Part shown: piece after piece, positions 45,559 through 54,526 of the stretch
Layout: every line of letters begins with the position of its first letter
Numbering within the stretch: position 1 is the first letter of the stretch
Origin: a virus
Taxonomy: Duplodnaviria > Caudoviricetes
DNA: 56,410 bases
Virus record (IMG/VR): IMGVR_UViG_3300031759_000027
Span: 1-56,410 of that record
Reading direction: 5' to 3' (one strand)
Made by a program: the position numbers and the translations under genes
Notes under the pieces: model-generated
What the model was told of the DNA's origin: nothing
Databases searched by the model: none
Seen by the model: only the letters and a program-made list of their open reading frames with translations

Positions 45559-45854
45559 GCTGCATTAAAACTGGCTGCACCGTGCTGGCCAATGGAAAGT
45601 ATTATCACGGCGATTTGTTTTTAAGTTCATTTGGTTTTGAGCTGCGTGGTGTGCCTGAAGGTGGTGATGGCTATGAACCAAACGGACTTCATCATTGTGA
45701 AGTTTGCGAAGTTGGTGGTGTTGAGCTTGCAAAAACTTCTGGTGGGTACAAACTTTTTTGGATTCATGGATGGCTAACTGCTACAAAAGAGTTTTACAAG
45801 TATCTTCAACAATGGGAACCTGCAGCAGTTCAATACTTCAAGGTGGCAGAATGA
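45555..45854 (+). CDS. Hypothetical protein
   Basis: AAGGAG SD, ATGA overlap. Confidence 0.65.
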   Translation: MSCIKTGCTVLANGKYYHGDLFLSSFGFELRGVPEGGDGYEPNGLHHCEVCEVGGVELAKTSGGYKLFWIHGWLTATKEFYKYLQQWEPAAVQYFKVAE

Positions 45855-46120
45855 ACTTAAATCTTTCGCCAGAAGATCTTGCTGAATATACAAGACGATG
45901 CTTAGAGAATGAAATCAACAAGCAAGCTGCGATAGCTTGTGGCAACGTGCAAGGCGCAAAGCGCGCAAGACAAGCCAATACGTATCTTTATAAAGAGTTC
46001 GCAAAGCGTCAACTTCCTCCGTCACCACCAACACCGTGGGAGCGTGAACAATCAATGAGCTTAGAGGATCGGATAAGCCGCATTGAGCAACATTTAAAAC
46101 TAGGAGTTTGGTCAGAATGA
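45851..46120 (+). CDS. Hypothetical protein
   Basis: ATGA overlap at 45851 (MNLNLSPED...). Confidence 0.6.
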   Translation: MNLNLSPEDLAEYTRRCLENEINKQAAIACGNVQGAKRARQANTYLYKEFAKRQLPPSPPTPWEREQSMSLEDRISRIEQHLKLGVWSE

Positions 46121-46317
46121 AAATCATTGAAACCAAAGAAGGAAGGGCTGTGTTTTCATTTAACGGCAGAGTGCACCCTGCAAAGCTGCTTAGATATGAG
46201 AACAATCAGTTCGAGTTGAAGCTCACGTGCTCTTGTCCTGATACTCAGAAGCTGAATGGTGTTCGCTTCTTAGAAGGACGTGATGGCATAAATTGCTTAG
46301 GATCTAGGAGACATTGA
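46117..46317 (+). CDS. Hypothetical protein
   Basis: ATGA overlap, GGAG SD. Confidence 0.55.
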   Translation: MKIIETKEGRAVFSFNGRVHPAKLLRYENNQFELKLTCSCPDTQKLNGVRFLEGRDGINCLGSRRH

Positions 46318-46318
46318 G

Positions 46319-46921
46319 ATGGCTAGAAAAAACGAGCGAGTTGAGACGTACATCCCAGATCTTGAAGGTGAGATTTGGAAACCTGTTGAAGGTTACGAAG
46401 ATGCTTATCATGTTTCAAATATGGGGCGCGTGAAATCATTAGATAGAGAAATTTTGACCTCACATGGAAATGTTCGCTGGGTAACTGGTAGGCTGTTAAC
46501 AGTGTCGCATGGAAAACTTGGACATCGAAAAAGTGGTGTAAACACTGGAACAGTAGTTTTTTCAAGTTGTGGCGAAAAAATTGTAGTTGTTGTTTCAAGA
46601 TTGGTGTTAAAACATTTTGTAAGTACTCCAGAAAATTTAAAAAACTTGTGGGCTATTCATCGTGATGGTAATGTAAAAAATAATTGCGTAAAAAATCTTT
46701 TTTGGGGTACTGAAAAAGAAAGCATTGACGAAAAATATAAACGCGGTAATGGCCATGAAGGTATTAAGCACCCGCACGCCAAAATAACAGATGCGCAAGT
46801 TCTTGAAGTTAGAAGACGATTTGAAGCAGGTGAAAAACAGTGCCATATAGCACGTTCAATGCAACTAACAGATAAGCTTGTTTGGAAACTTGTGCATAAA
46901 AAAGAATGGAAACATATTTAA
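46319..46921 (+). CDS. NUMOD4-HNH homing endonuclease-like protein
   Basis: EIWKPV.GYE..Y.VSN.GRVKS (NUMOD4), HRDGN..NN...NL.WGT, C-terminal HTH-like tail. Confidence 0.85.
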   Translation: MARKNERVETYIPDLEGEIWKPVEGYEDAYHVSNMGRVKSLDREILTSHGNVRWVTGRLLTVSHGKLGHRKSGVNTGTVVFSSCGEKIVVVVSRLVLKHFVSTPENLKNLWAIHRDGNVKNNCVKNLFWGTEKESIDEKYKRGNGHEGIKHPHAKITDAQVLEVRRRFEAGEKQCHIARSMQLTDKLVWKLVHKKEWKHI

Positions 46922-46939
46922 CGTAAAGGAGAAGTAAAA

Positions 46940-47329
46940 ATGGCAACAAAGAAATTAGCAACGGCAGCAGAACTTGAAGCAAGCGCAAAAAAGACTGAAA
47001 AAAGAGTTTGGGGAAATAATCCATCAACAGCTCTTGTTGATGAGGTGGTGGTAGATCACCCACTTTATGACATCATGATAGCTGCAATCAATCAAGCCAT
47101 GTATGGCAAGGGTGAGCGCCACGGCGGCAACGTGACCCCGTTCATGGACCAGCCTTGGGTACATTACTCAAAGCTGCATGGTCGTGGATTCTTAACTGGT
47201 CAAGCAGCAAAGAAGTTAGAAGAAGCTGCATCGCAGCGAACTGGTGAGGCATTTGAGGCCGAGGTGCTTGGAGCTATCGTCTACGCAGCTATGGCAATTC
47301 TGAAAGACCGCGAGGATCAGGCGAAATGA
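46940..47329 (+). CDS. Conserved alpha-helical phage protein, possible nucleotide pyrophosphohydrolase
   Basis: GKGERH....F..QP...GQA.KK..EA...LGAI.Y pattern; function tentative. Confidence 0.5.
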   Translation: MATKKLATAAELEASAKKTEKRVWGNNPSTALVDEVVVDHPLYDIMIAAINQAMYGKGERHGGNVTPFMDQPWVHYSKLHGRGFLTGQAAKKLEEAASQRTGEAFEAEVLGAIVYAAMAILKDREDQAK

Positions 47330-47439
47330 CATTTGAAGAATTTGCGATTGGTTTTTGTTTAATCTGCGCTATGTGGGCATGCAGCCTTGTAGCTGTTGGA
47401 GTTACTTATGTCGTTTACAAGCTTTGGACGGATTGAACC

Positions 47440-47640
47440 ATGAGAACCCTTGATGCGATTTGGTATGCACCAGGAATGAGCTGCATTGGAATTGTCCGAG
47501 CTGAAGATCCAATTGGAGGACCTAGGTACTACATTGGTGTTGCAGGTGGTGAAGATGAGCAAGCGGACATGGAGTTTATTGCAGCTCATGGAGCAAAGTT
47601 CAGCTGGAATGCCGGACGACTATTGTTTGGAGATAAGTAA
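47440..47640 (+). CDS. Hypothetical protein
   Basis: Packed ORF; YIGVA.G.DE..D...I...GAKF. Confidence 0.55.
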   Translation: MRTLDAIWYAPGMSCIGIVRAEDPIGGPRYYIGVAGGEDEQADMEFIAAHGAKFSWNAGRLLFGDK

Positions 47641-47858
47641 TGAAGCAAATTAAAAAGGTTGTGGTTTACTACGATGATGGTACGTATGTTGAGCTTGCAA
47701 ACAATCCTTGGAATACAGCGATGGCAAGACCTATAGAGCATATCCATACGCCGCACCCAAGATGTACATGCATACTTTGCGGTGGTTCTGACCATGCTGT
47801 AACCTGCAAACATACTTCGCATTACCAAACGACTAAAACAACAGGGGCGGCTTCATAA
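47640..47858 (+). CDS. Hypothetical protein
   Basis: TAATG coupling, GGAG SD. Confidence 0.5.
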   Translation: MKQIKKVVVYYDDGTYVELANNPWNTAMARPIEHIHTPHPRCTCILCGGSDHAVTCKHTSHYQTTKTTGAAS

Positions 47859-47996
47859 TGTGCCTTAAATCAAGCGGTGAGTATCAGTACTGTCTACTAA
47901 AGCGCAAGGTAGCTCAATGCAAAGCAGATTGGGAAAGTTCAATTGCTTACCTGATTGCTAAACGTCGAGGTTGGTTAGAACTATTAGAGGAAGACT

Positions 47997-48296
47997 ATGA
48001 AGCCAGGACCGTTTGAAATTATGGGCCTTGAGCTCACATCAACGCCCGAAGAGGTGAAGCAACGATGGCGAGATCTTTGCATGATCCATCATCCTGATCG
48101 GCCAACGGGGAATGCTGTTGAGTTTAATACCATCAGGCAAGCTTATAAGAAATGCATGGCAATCGCTTTGGAGCCGAAGCTTTGCGCTGATTGCAAGGGA
48201 TCTGGTAAGGTAAGGATTCAGCACGGGTTTAATACAACTGAGATTGTTTGCGGTGAGTGCAAAGGAGTAGGCCATGAGTTACCTAATCAGAAATGA
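47997..48296 (+). CDS. Mini DnaJ-like protein (J domain plus zinc finger)
   Basis: HHPDR motif; two CxxCxGxG repeats. Confidence 0.85.
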   Translation: MKPGPFEIMGLELTSTPEEVKQRWRDLCMIHHPDRPTGNAVEFNTIRQAYKKCMAIALEPKLCADCKGSGKVRIQHGFNTTEIVCGECKGVGHELPNQK

Positions 48297-48434
48297 GGAC
48301 AACGAGGTGATGCGTGTTGTAGGCCGCTTAGAGGAGGCTCAGATCATTTGCGCCCTTCGTCCTGGCTGGACGTTTAAGCGAGTCCTTGAAAGAAGACCTA
48401 AAAGAGATCTGAGTATATTTGAGGAGGCGTTATT

Positions 48435-48803
48435 TTGAACACCCCAATTAGCCGCGAAGAAGCTGAGGAAATAATGCTAGACGGCCATCAAAAGTATTGG
48501 TATGACAAGGGCGTTGCTTCTGCACAAACTGAGCTTGAGTACCGTAAGAAAGATAATAAGGAACTTCATGAAGAGATTTGGCAGTTAGAGGACAAAATAG
48601 CTTCATTAGAAGCGCAGTTAAGAAGAAAGCCAATATTTGAAATAAGACATCACGTTGCTTCTGCGCAGGCTGAAATAGAGGCGTTTAAAGCAAATGTGAA
48701 AGTTGTGTTAGATGCAGTTTTATATGAATATGGGTCTACGACTAACATGGTTGACGAACTTGCAAATGCTACTATTGAATTGCAGAAAAGGATAGAAAAA
48801 TGA
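48435..48803 (+). CDS. Hypothetical coiled-coil protein
   Basis: GAGGAGG SD, TTG start; repeated VASAQ.E. Confidence 0.6.
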   Translation: MNTPISREEAEEIMLDGHQKYWYDKGVASAQTELEYRKKDNKELHEEIWQLEDKIASLEAQLRRKPIFEIRHHVASAQAEIEAFKANVKVVLDAVLYEYGSTTNMVDELANATIELQKRIEK

Positions 48804-48939
48804 GCGAAATTATTTATACTTGGATCTGGCTATTTATTGCTTTTCTAATAGTTCATCCATGGGCTGCAGTAGTTCTTTATTTAATCGCAGGTTTATGCGT
48901 GTGGGATTTTATTTATACATTACATAGGACACAAGAAAA

Positions 48940-49674
48940 ATGATATTTCAATTTCCAAAAAAGAAAATAGTTTTAGATTGCTTTACAGCAGACGAAGTGG
49001 CTATTAGAACAGCCCCAATAGATTTTGCAATTAAGCACATGCCTGAATGGTGGCAAGATTTACCAGCTACATACACGCGAGATTCATTTCCATTTGGCAC
49101 TATGAAGAACTGCGCTGGCATGGTTGACTTCTACAGGTATTCAATCGCTATTCCAATGTGGTCAGACCTAGTAATAAGCATCGGGAAAAATCAATTTAGC
49201 TGGAAATTTTCTGACTATATGTCTAGCGCAGATTTGCATAACACTGCTCAAGAAGCAACAGGATTTTTGCCGCCAAACTACAACCATCTAAAGTTAATAT
49301 CACCGTGGCATTTATCATGCAAGCAGTCTATTAACTGGTTATGGAACACTCCGTTGTATAACCTAAATAAAAATCCTGATATTTTAATTCCTCCTGGAAT
49401 TGTGAACTATTCAAAGCAAAACATAACGAATGTAAATATTCTATTCAACACAGAAAAAGAGCGCGTTATTAAATTGGCTCAGGGGTCACCTATTGCCATG
49501 ATTACCCCTATGACAGATAGAAAAATAGAAATCGTAAGGCATTTAGTATCAAGGCAAGAACTAGAACGAAAATCAAGAATACTTATCACCTTTAATCGAC
49601 CGTATGATCGCCGCAATGAATTAGTTAAAAAGTTTAAAGATTGTCCGTTTCATAATCATGTGGGAAGAAAATGA
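48940..49674 (+). CDS. Hypothetical beta-rich protein
   Basis: P.WW, T.K.C.G..D, IP.W.D, K..SPW, PG.V, G.P.A...P pattern. Confidence 0.65.
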   Translation: MIFQFPKKKIVLDCFTADEVAIRTAPIDFAIKHMPEWWQDLPATYTRDSFPFGTMKNCAGMVDFYRYSIAIPMWSDLVISIGKNQFSWKFSDYMSSADLHNTAQEATGFLPPNYNHLKLISPWHLSCKQSINWLWNTPLYNLNKNPDILIPPGIVNYSKQNITNVNILFNTEKERVIKLAQGSPIAMITPMTDRKIEIVRHLVSRQELERKSRILITFNRPYDRRNELVKKFKDCPFHNHVGRK

Positions 49675-49853
49675 ATACTAGAATCCTTGAAGTTTTACAA
49701 GAGGTAATGTGCACATGCAATTTATCAGAAGAGCAGAAAAACGCGCTGCACTTATCAATTACAAGTCTTCTTCAACTTAAACTAGAGAACAAGACATTGC
49801 GTGAAAGAAATCAATATCTAGAAGCCCAAGTTTACGGAGGATCTACAAAATGA
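49671..49853 (+). CDS. Hypothetical protein
   Basis: ATGA overlaps. Confidence 0.55.
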   Translation: MNTRILEVLQEVMCTCNLSEEQKNALHLSITSLLQLKLENKTLRERNQYLEAQVYGGSTK

Positions 49854-50041
49854 CAACGTTTACTGGTGACGAATATGGCGGACCTGAATTGCAGATTGGT
49901 AAGTACCGCCTAAGGTCTAACCTAACAAACTCAAAGATCCACATCAGCTTAATGGATGGTGATCGGTTTGTTGAAGCCGGGCAATTTAGCGCAAAGCAGC
50001 TAGAAGCTGTGATTGACCAGTTTTATAAGGAGAAGTTCTGA
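49850..50041 (+). CDS. Hypothetical protein
   Basis: GGAGG SD, coupled to ligase. Confidence 0.6.
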   Translation: MTTFTGDEYGGPELQIGKYRLRSNLTNSKIHISLMDGDRFVEAGQFSAKQLEAVIDQFYKEKF

Positions 50042-50946
50042 TGTCTGAATTTAAACCCATGCTTGCCAGCCCGACTGATGGTCACAAGCTTACGTTTCCG
50101 ATGCTAGTCAGCCCGAAGCTAGATGGCGTCAGGTGCCTGATCATCGACGGCGTGGCTATGAGCCGGTCACTCAAGCCCATTCCTAACAAGCACGTGCAAA
50201 AGCTGTTTGGGCGCAAGGACCTAAATGGCTTAGATGGCGAGCTGATTGTAGGACCACCAACTGCAAAAGATGTGTACAACAAAACCACGTCAGGCATCAT
50301 GACGATTGAAGGTGAGCCTGCAGTTAAGTTTTACGTGTTTGATGACTTTAGCGCCAAGGACAAGGTAAAAGAAAACTTGTTTGGTCAATCGTCTCATTTT
50401 GAACATCGATTGCTGAGTTCCATTAGAAGGATTACTTTAGAAGATAACTGTAAGGAAGTTAAGCACTACAAGGCAAATAACGAAGCTGATTTATTTCACT
50501 ATGAAGCCCACTTTTTAAAGCAAGGCTATGAGGGCATGATGCTTAGATTGCCAACTAGCCCATACAAATTTGGTAGATCTACTACTAAAGAGGCTTGGCT
50601 ACTAAAGCTAAAGAGGTTTATTGATAGTGAGGCCGAGATCATTGGCATGACTGAGCTCATGACAAACACCAATGAAGCGGTTAGAAATGAGCTGGGTCAT
50701 CTAGAGAGGTCCTCAAAGAAGGCTGGAATGAAGGGTAAAGATACCCTTGGGTCCTTGATTGTTAGAGATATTAAAACTAAGGTGGAATTTGAAATTGGAA
50801 CTGGGTTTACTGCAGAGCAGCGAGCTGGCATCTGGAAGCTAAACCCAATTGGAACACTTGTGAAATATAAGAGTCAACCTGTGGGCGTAAAAGATAAACC
50901 ACGCTTTCCGGTCTTTTTAGGCTTTAGAAACACAATAGACCTATAA
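50041..50946 (+). CDS. ATP-dependent DNA ligase
   Basis: PKLDGVR motif I, LDGEL, FYVFD, GYEG.M.R, LLKLK, OB-fold GTGF...RFP.F.GFR. Confidence 0.93.
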   Translation: MSEFKPMLASPTDGHKLTFPMLVSPKLDGVRCLIIDGVAMSRSLKPIPNKHVQKLFGRKDLNGLDGELIVGPPTAKDVYNKTTSGIMTIEGEPAVKFYVFDDFSAKDKVKENLFGQSSHFEHRLLSSIRRITLEDNCKEVKHYKANNEADLFHYEAHFLKQGYEGMMLRLPTSPYKFGRSTTKEAWLLKLKRFIDSEAEIIGMTELMTNTNEAVRNELGHLERSSKKAGMKGKDTLGSLIVRDIKTKVEFEIGTGFTAEQRAGIWKLNPIGTLVKYKSQPVGVKDKPRFPVFLGFRNTIDL

Positions 50947-50967
50947 CATGTACTAGGTACTAAAATA

Positions 50968-51042
50968 GTTGTAATTAGTTGTTTACAACAATAAAAGAAG
51001 CGCTGTAGAATAAAACTGTAATTAACTTGCTGAGGAAAAAAA
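50968..51042 (+). promoter_or_regulatory. Early promoter copy 3 with palindrome and CTTGCTGAGG box
   Basis: TTTACA 50982-50987, 18 bp, TAGAAT 51006-51011; GTTGTAA-N8-TTACAAC; AATTAACTTGCTGAGGAAA. Confidence 0.75.
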
Positions 51043-51044
51043 TC

Positions 51045-51191
51045 ATGTTTATTGAAGTTGTTGTGGTCATTGCTGCCACACTAGCCCTTATTAACTGGCT
51101 GCTCTTTGGGTCGTTGCCAGTCAACACCTTCCATTTCTATTTTGGCCTAGCCTTACTCATCATCACAATCAACAGAAAGAAAGACAAATGA
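51045..51191 (+). CDS. Small two-TM membrane protein (48 aa)
   Basis: Hand translation MFIEVVVVIAATLALINWLLFG...RKKDK; first gene after promoter 3. Confidence 0.65.
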   Translation: MFIEVVVVIAATLALINWLLFGSLPVNTFHFYFGLALLIITINRKKDK

Positions 51192-51427
51192 GCTTTAATC
51201 AATTTTCTAATACTCGTCAAGAAGGCGAGTCCTTTGATGACTATCGTCTGCGCCTAAGGTCAGAGAAGTTTCGTAAGCAACTAGTTAGCCGTGGTGTTCA
51301 AGTTTGGAATAGCGGCAAGCAAGGTACTTACACAAAGATCAAAGCGATGCAGCTAAAAGCAGCGCAAGCGATGGTTCAGATCGAAAAAGACAAGCAAGCT
51401 AAAAAAGAAGAGGTTAAAAATGGCTGA
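51188..51427 (+). CDS. Hypothetical basic protein
   Basis: ATGA overlap. Confidence 0.6.
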   Translation: MSFNQFSNTRQEGESFDDYRLRLRSEKFRKQLVSRGVQVWNSGKQGTYTKIKAMQLKAAQAMVQIEKDKQAKKEEVKNG

Positions 51428-51818
51428 GAAAGAGGTTGTTTATAAATTTCCTAAGGGTTTAGGCGCCTGCGCCGATAAGCTATATCAAATTAAGCAGAAG
51501 CGTCTAGACGCGCAAAAGATTGTTGATGCATTTGCAGCTGAAGAATCTGCTTTAAAGAATCACATCATTGAGAATCTTCCAAAGTCTGACGCATCAGGCA
51601 TTGCAGGTAAACTTGCTAGGGTAACTGTTGTAACTAAAGAGGTGCCACAAGTAACTGATTGGGACGCGCTTTATAAGTACGTTGTAAAGACCAAGGATTT
51701 CAGCTTGTTGCAGCGCCGTGTTGGTGATGCTGCCATTAAGGAGCGTTGGGAAGCAGGTAAGGAAGTCCCTGGTGTTGGTCACTTTAATGCCGTAACAGTT
51801 AGCATGAACAAGGTTTAA
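51420..51818 (+). CDS. Conserved phage replication/recombination-module protein
   Basis: Coiled coil then P.V.DW..LY.Y......LLQRR...G..VPGV; GAGG SD. Confidence 0.65.
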   Translation: MAEKEVVYKFPKGLGACADKLYQIKQKRLDAQKIVDAFAAEESALKNHIIENLPKSDASGIAGKLARVTVVTKEVPQVTDWDALYKYVVKTKDFSLLQRRVGDAAIKERWEAGKEVPGVGHFNAVTVSMNKV

Positions 51819-51820
51819 TT

Positions 51821-52033
51821 ATGAGGATCATTGCTCTAGCTCTCAGCGGCAACGTGTTTAGCGCAGTCAAGTGGATCAACGACAAGGTGCTTGGTCAACA
51901 CTTGCTGCAAGTAGATTGCCGCGATGGCTATAACACAGTTGCGGTCTTTAAATTTCCAGATTATCCAAGCTATGTCAGGTACTGTGAGAAGACAAAGCAA
52001 GAACCAATGAGTGCAGATGAATTTTTTAATTGA
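51821..52033 (+). CDS. Hypothetical protein
   Basis: Packed ORF. Confidence 0.55.
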   Translation: MRIIALALSGNVFSAVKWINDKVLGQHLLQVDCRDGYNTVAVFKFPDYPSYVRYCEKTKQEPMSADEFFN

Positions 52034-52039
52034 AGTAAG

Positions 52040-52102
52040 CAGTGTCCTTAGAGCCTGGTCTTTGGACACTGAACATTTAACCGCCAGGGACTAGTCACTA
52101 GT
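52040..52102 (+). promoter_or_regulatory. Candidate H-type pseudoknot in leader of SSB-like gene
   Basis: CAGTGTCC/GGACACTG stem; loop CCTGG pairs with downstream CCAGG. Confidence 0.5.
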
Positions 52103-52120
52103 TACTAATAGGAGCATCAA

Positions 52121-52984
52121 ATGGCAACAACAAAACGAGCAGCAACAAAAGACGCGGCAGCTAAGGGAACTGGCACCGCAATTACTAAATGGGAAGAAGA
52201 ACTTGCTAAGCAAGCTGATGTTGCATCAGCAATGGAAGCAAATGCTGGTGGAGGTCAGTTCTTTAGTTTAAAGTCAGGCATTCTCAGCTGGCAAGACGCT
52301 CCGCTGCCTGGAAATCAGATGGCAGTCATCATCGTTGACGGCATTCTTGAGAACGTGTTTTACGAAGGTGAATACGATCCAGATACCCCACAGGGACCAA
52401 CTTGCTTTGCGTTTGGGCGTGAAGAGAAAACAATCGCGCCGCATCAACTAGTTGTAGAGGCTGGCAATGCGCAGCATGATCAGTGTCATGGTTGCCCAAT
52501 GAATGAATGGGGTACAGCAGATAAAGGCAAGGGTAAAGCTTGTCGTAACAGCCGTCGCTTGGCGATGATTCCGGCTGGTAACTTTGACCAGGCGGGAAAG
52601 TTTCAACTGTTTGAAGATGAGGATCACTTTGCATCAACACCAATTGCGTTTATGAAGTTACCTGTGACCTCAGTAAAGGGTTATGCAGGCTTTGTTAAAC
52701 AAGTTGCTGGTGCACTTCGTCGTCCACCGCATGGCATCATCACGAAGGTGAAGGTTGTTCCAGATCCGAAGAGCCAATTCAAGGTGTTATTTGAGCCTAT
52801 CATGAATGTACCTGATGAGTACATGAGCATCGTCATGCAGCGCCATGAAGAAGGTAAATCAACTATTGACTTTCCATACCAACCGTTTGACGCTGAACAA
52901 GCACCAGCACCAAAAGCAAAGAGCCGCGCAGCTCAGCGCCCACCGGTAAAAGGTAAGCCAGCAGTTAAAGGTCGTAAGTATTAA
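52121..52984 (+). CDS. Putative zinc-binding single-stranded DNA-binding/annealing protein
   Basis: PTC...CHGCP.N.WG....GKGKACRN.RRL; replication-module position; function inferred. Confidence 0.55.
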   Translation: MATTKRAATKDAAAKGTGTAITKWEEELAKQADVASAMEANAGGGQFFSLKSGILSWQDAPLPGNQMAVIIVDGILENVFYEGEYDPDTPQGPTCFAFGREEKTIAPHQLVVEAGNAQHDQCHGCPMNEWGTADKGKGKACRNSRRLAMIPAGNFDQAGKFQLFEDEDHFASTPIAFMKLPVTSVKGYAGFVKQVAGALRRPPHGIITKVKVVPDPKSQFKVLFEPIMNVPDEYMSIVMQRHEEGKSTIDFPYQPFDAEQAPAPKAKSRAAQRPPVKGKPAVKGRKY

Positions 52985-52992
52985 GGTTTGAG

Positions 52993-53062
52993 CGGGAAAG
53001 AACCTCAGGACTAAAAGCAATGCTTTGGACAGCGGCGAATTTTAGTTCTGAGGATCGATCCG
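52993..53062 (+). ncRNA. Long intergenic hairpin A
   Basis: CCTCAGGACTAAAA 53003-53016 / TTTTAGTTCTGAGG 53040-53053 with inner and outer short helices. Confidence 0.55.
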
Positions 53063-53081
53063 AAACACACAGGAGAATAAG

Positions 53082-53459
53082 ATGTCAGATACAAATGAGA
53101 TACTAGACGCAAAAGAAATAGCGACAGAAATACCGCAACCAGATACAAAAGTTGCGATGAAACAAAACAAAGGTTTTTGTAAACTTGATTTAGAACCTGT
53201 TGTCTATAGGACTAAAGCTTTTACCTTAACTGCAGAAATCGCGATGCGCCTGCTTGAAAAGTTTGCGATGGTTACTTGCATCGAAGACGGTGAGGACAGC
53301 GCAGGTCGTCAAAAATTAAAGCTTATGGACCCAAAACACGTGGTAGATAGGTCGTTTGAACTTGCTGAAGAGTTTATGCACCAAGCAGATTTAGGAAACT
53401 ATATTGTTGACATTCCAGATCCTGCTTTTGATGTTCCCGCAGCAGAAGATTTAGATTAA
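53082..53459 (+). CDS. Hypothetical acidic protein
   Basis: AGGAG SD; DGEDSAGRQKL.L..P..VV.R. Confidence 0.7.
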   Translation: MSDTNEILDAKEIATEIPQPDTKVAMKQNKGFCKLDLEPVVYRTKAFTLTAEIAMRLLEKFAMVTCIEDGEDSAGRQKLKLMDPKHVVDRSFELAEEFMHQADLGNYIVDIPDPAFDVPAAEDLD

Positions 53460-53466
53460 ATTTTAC

Positions 53467-53539
53467 GGGGTGAAAGCAATGACACTATTCAGCTCAAGTA
53501 CTCGAAGACGAACGACTAAAAAGACTTGCAAGTAACCCC
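53467..53539 (+). ncRNA. Structured intergenic element B with loop E-like internal loop
   Basis: GGGGT-GAAA-GCAA ... TTGC-AAGTA-ACCCC. Confidence 0.55.
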
Positions 53540-53560
53540 ACCCAATTTAGAAAGGTTGTT

Positions 53561-53770
53561 ATGAAAAGTATGCAGTATGAAAAACAAGTTGCAAAAATTA
53601 TTAAGCCGCTCAAATATATTAGGGAAAACGACGGTATGTGGGTTGTTCACCCTAAACAAGGAAAAATTTGGGAGCCTGATAAGCTTTACAAGATTGCTTT
53701 GTTGGCAGCAAAAGCTGGTAATGGTCTTCGTGTAAATCAGATAGCATTTGGTTTGTTAAAAGCAGCTTAA
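53561..53770 (+). CDS. Hypothetical protein
   Basis: AAGG SD; lies between elements B and C. Confidence 0.6.
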   Translation: MKSMQYEKQVAKIIKPLKYIRENDGMWVVHPKQGKIWEPDKLYKIALLAAKAGNGLRVNQIAFGLLKAA

Positions 53771-53775
53771 TCACC

Positions 53776-53872
53776 GGGGCAAAAGCGGATGCTGTGAATG
53801 GCAACCACTGGGAATTTCTTTAAGAAGGAAATTAAAGATTGCGACCCCAGCACAGACGCAGCGAGTAGCCCC
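53776..53872 (+). ncRNA. Structured intergenic element C, related to B
   Basis: GGGGC-AAAA-GC ... GC-GAGTA-GCCCC with inner CTGTG/CACAG, CTGGG/CCCAG, AATTTC/GAAATT helices. Confidence 0.65.
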
Positions 53873-53891
53873 ACCCATTTTAGGAGTTAAC

Positions 53892-54293
53892 ATGACAACA
53901 GAAGTTGCAGAAAATAAGACGTTTCAAGAGCGTATGTTTGAACGCATTCGCGATCAGATGGGCGACCTCATGACTCAAGAAGAGCTTAAGAAGATCGTTG
54001 AGACGGCAGTTGATAAAGCCTTCTTTCAGCCAACAGTCATTAAGCGCGACTATGGGCGAGATGAAACAGCACCTCCACCTTTTGTAAAACTTGTGGAAAA
54101 AGAATTGCAAGAACAAGTGCAAACTTATGCGTCAGCCTGGATGAAGGACAACTCAGACAAAGTTGAAAAGATTATCAACGACGCAATTGGTAAGGGGATG
54201 TTTGGAATTATTACCTCCTACGTTGAAGGAATTGCAAGGCAGCCGCTGTATAACTTTGCTAACGAGCTTAGAAATAAGGGCCTTCTTGTTTAA
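53892..54293 (+). CDS. Hypothetical protein
   Basis: AGGAG SD; 133 aa. Confidence 0.7.
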   Translation: MTTEVAENKTFQERMFERIRDQMGDLMTQEELKKIVETAVDKAFFQPTVIKRDYGRDETAPPPFVKLVEKELQEQVQTYASAWMKDNSDKVEKIINDAIGKGMFGIITSYVEGIARQPLYNFANELRNKGLLV

Positions 54294-54313
54294 GAGATCT
54301 ATTTGAGAAAATT

Positions 54314-54526
54314 ATGTATAAAAAAGAAATTAAGAACACAGCTTTAAAATCATGGATTGGTTTAAATGATTTTCTACCAACTGCAGATGAAGCAGTCTGC
54401 AAACAACTACTCCGTGAAGAGATGAAGGGAAGATCAAGAGAGTCTTTTTTAAACCGCATCCACAGCCGCTTGAACAAGGTCAGGGCTGATCGTGAGCGTG
54501 CTGAGTTGAAAGAAAAATCAAAATGA
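54314..54526 (+). CDS. Hypothetical protein coupled to polymerase
   Basis: ATGA overlap with polymerase start. Confidence 0.65.
   Translation: MYKKEIKNTALKSWIGLNDFLPTADEAVCKQLLREEMKGRSRESFLNRIHSRLNKVRADRERAELKEKSK

Noticed and set aside
46940-46960. Shared MAT(T)K(K/R/Q) N-termini at 18, 4030, 42946, 46940 and 52121 as a second targeting tag
   Set aside because: Short, low-complexity, A-rich starts that favour translation initiation; not specific enough
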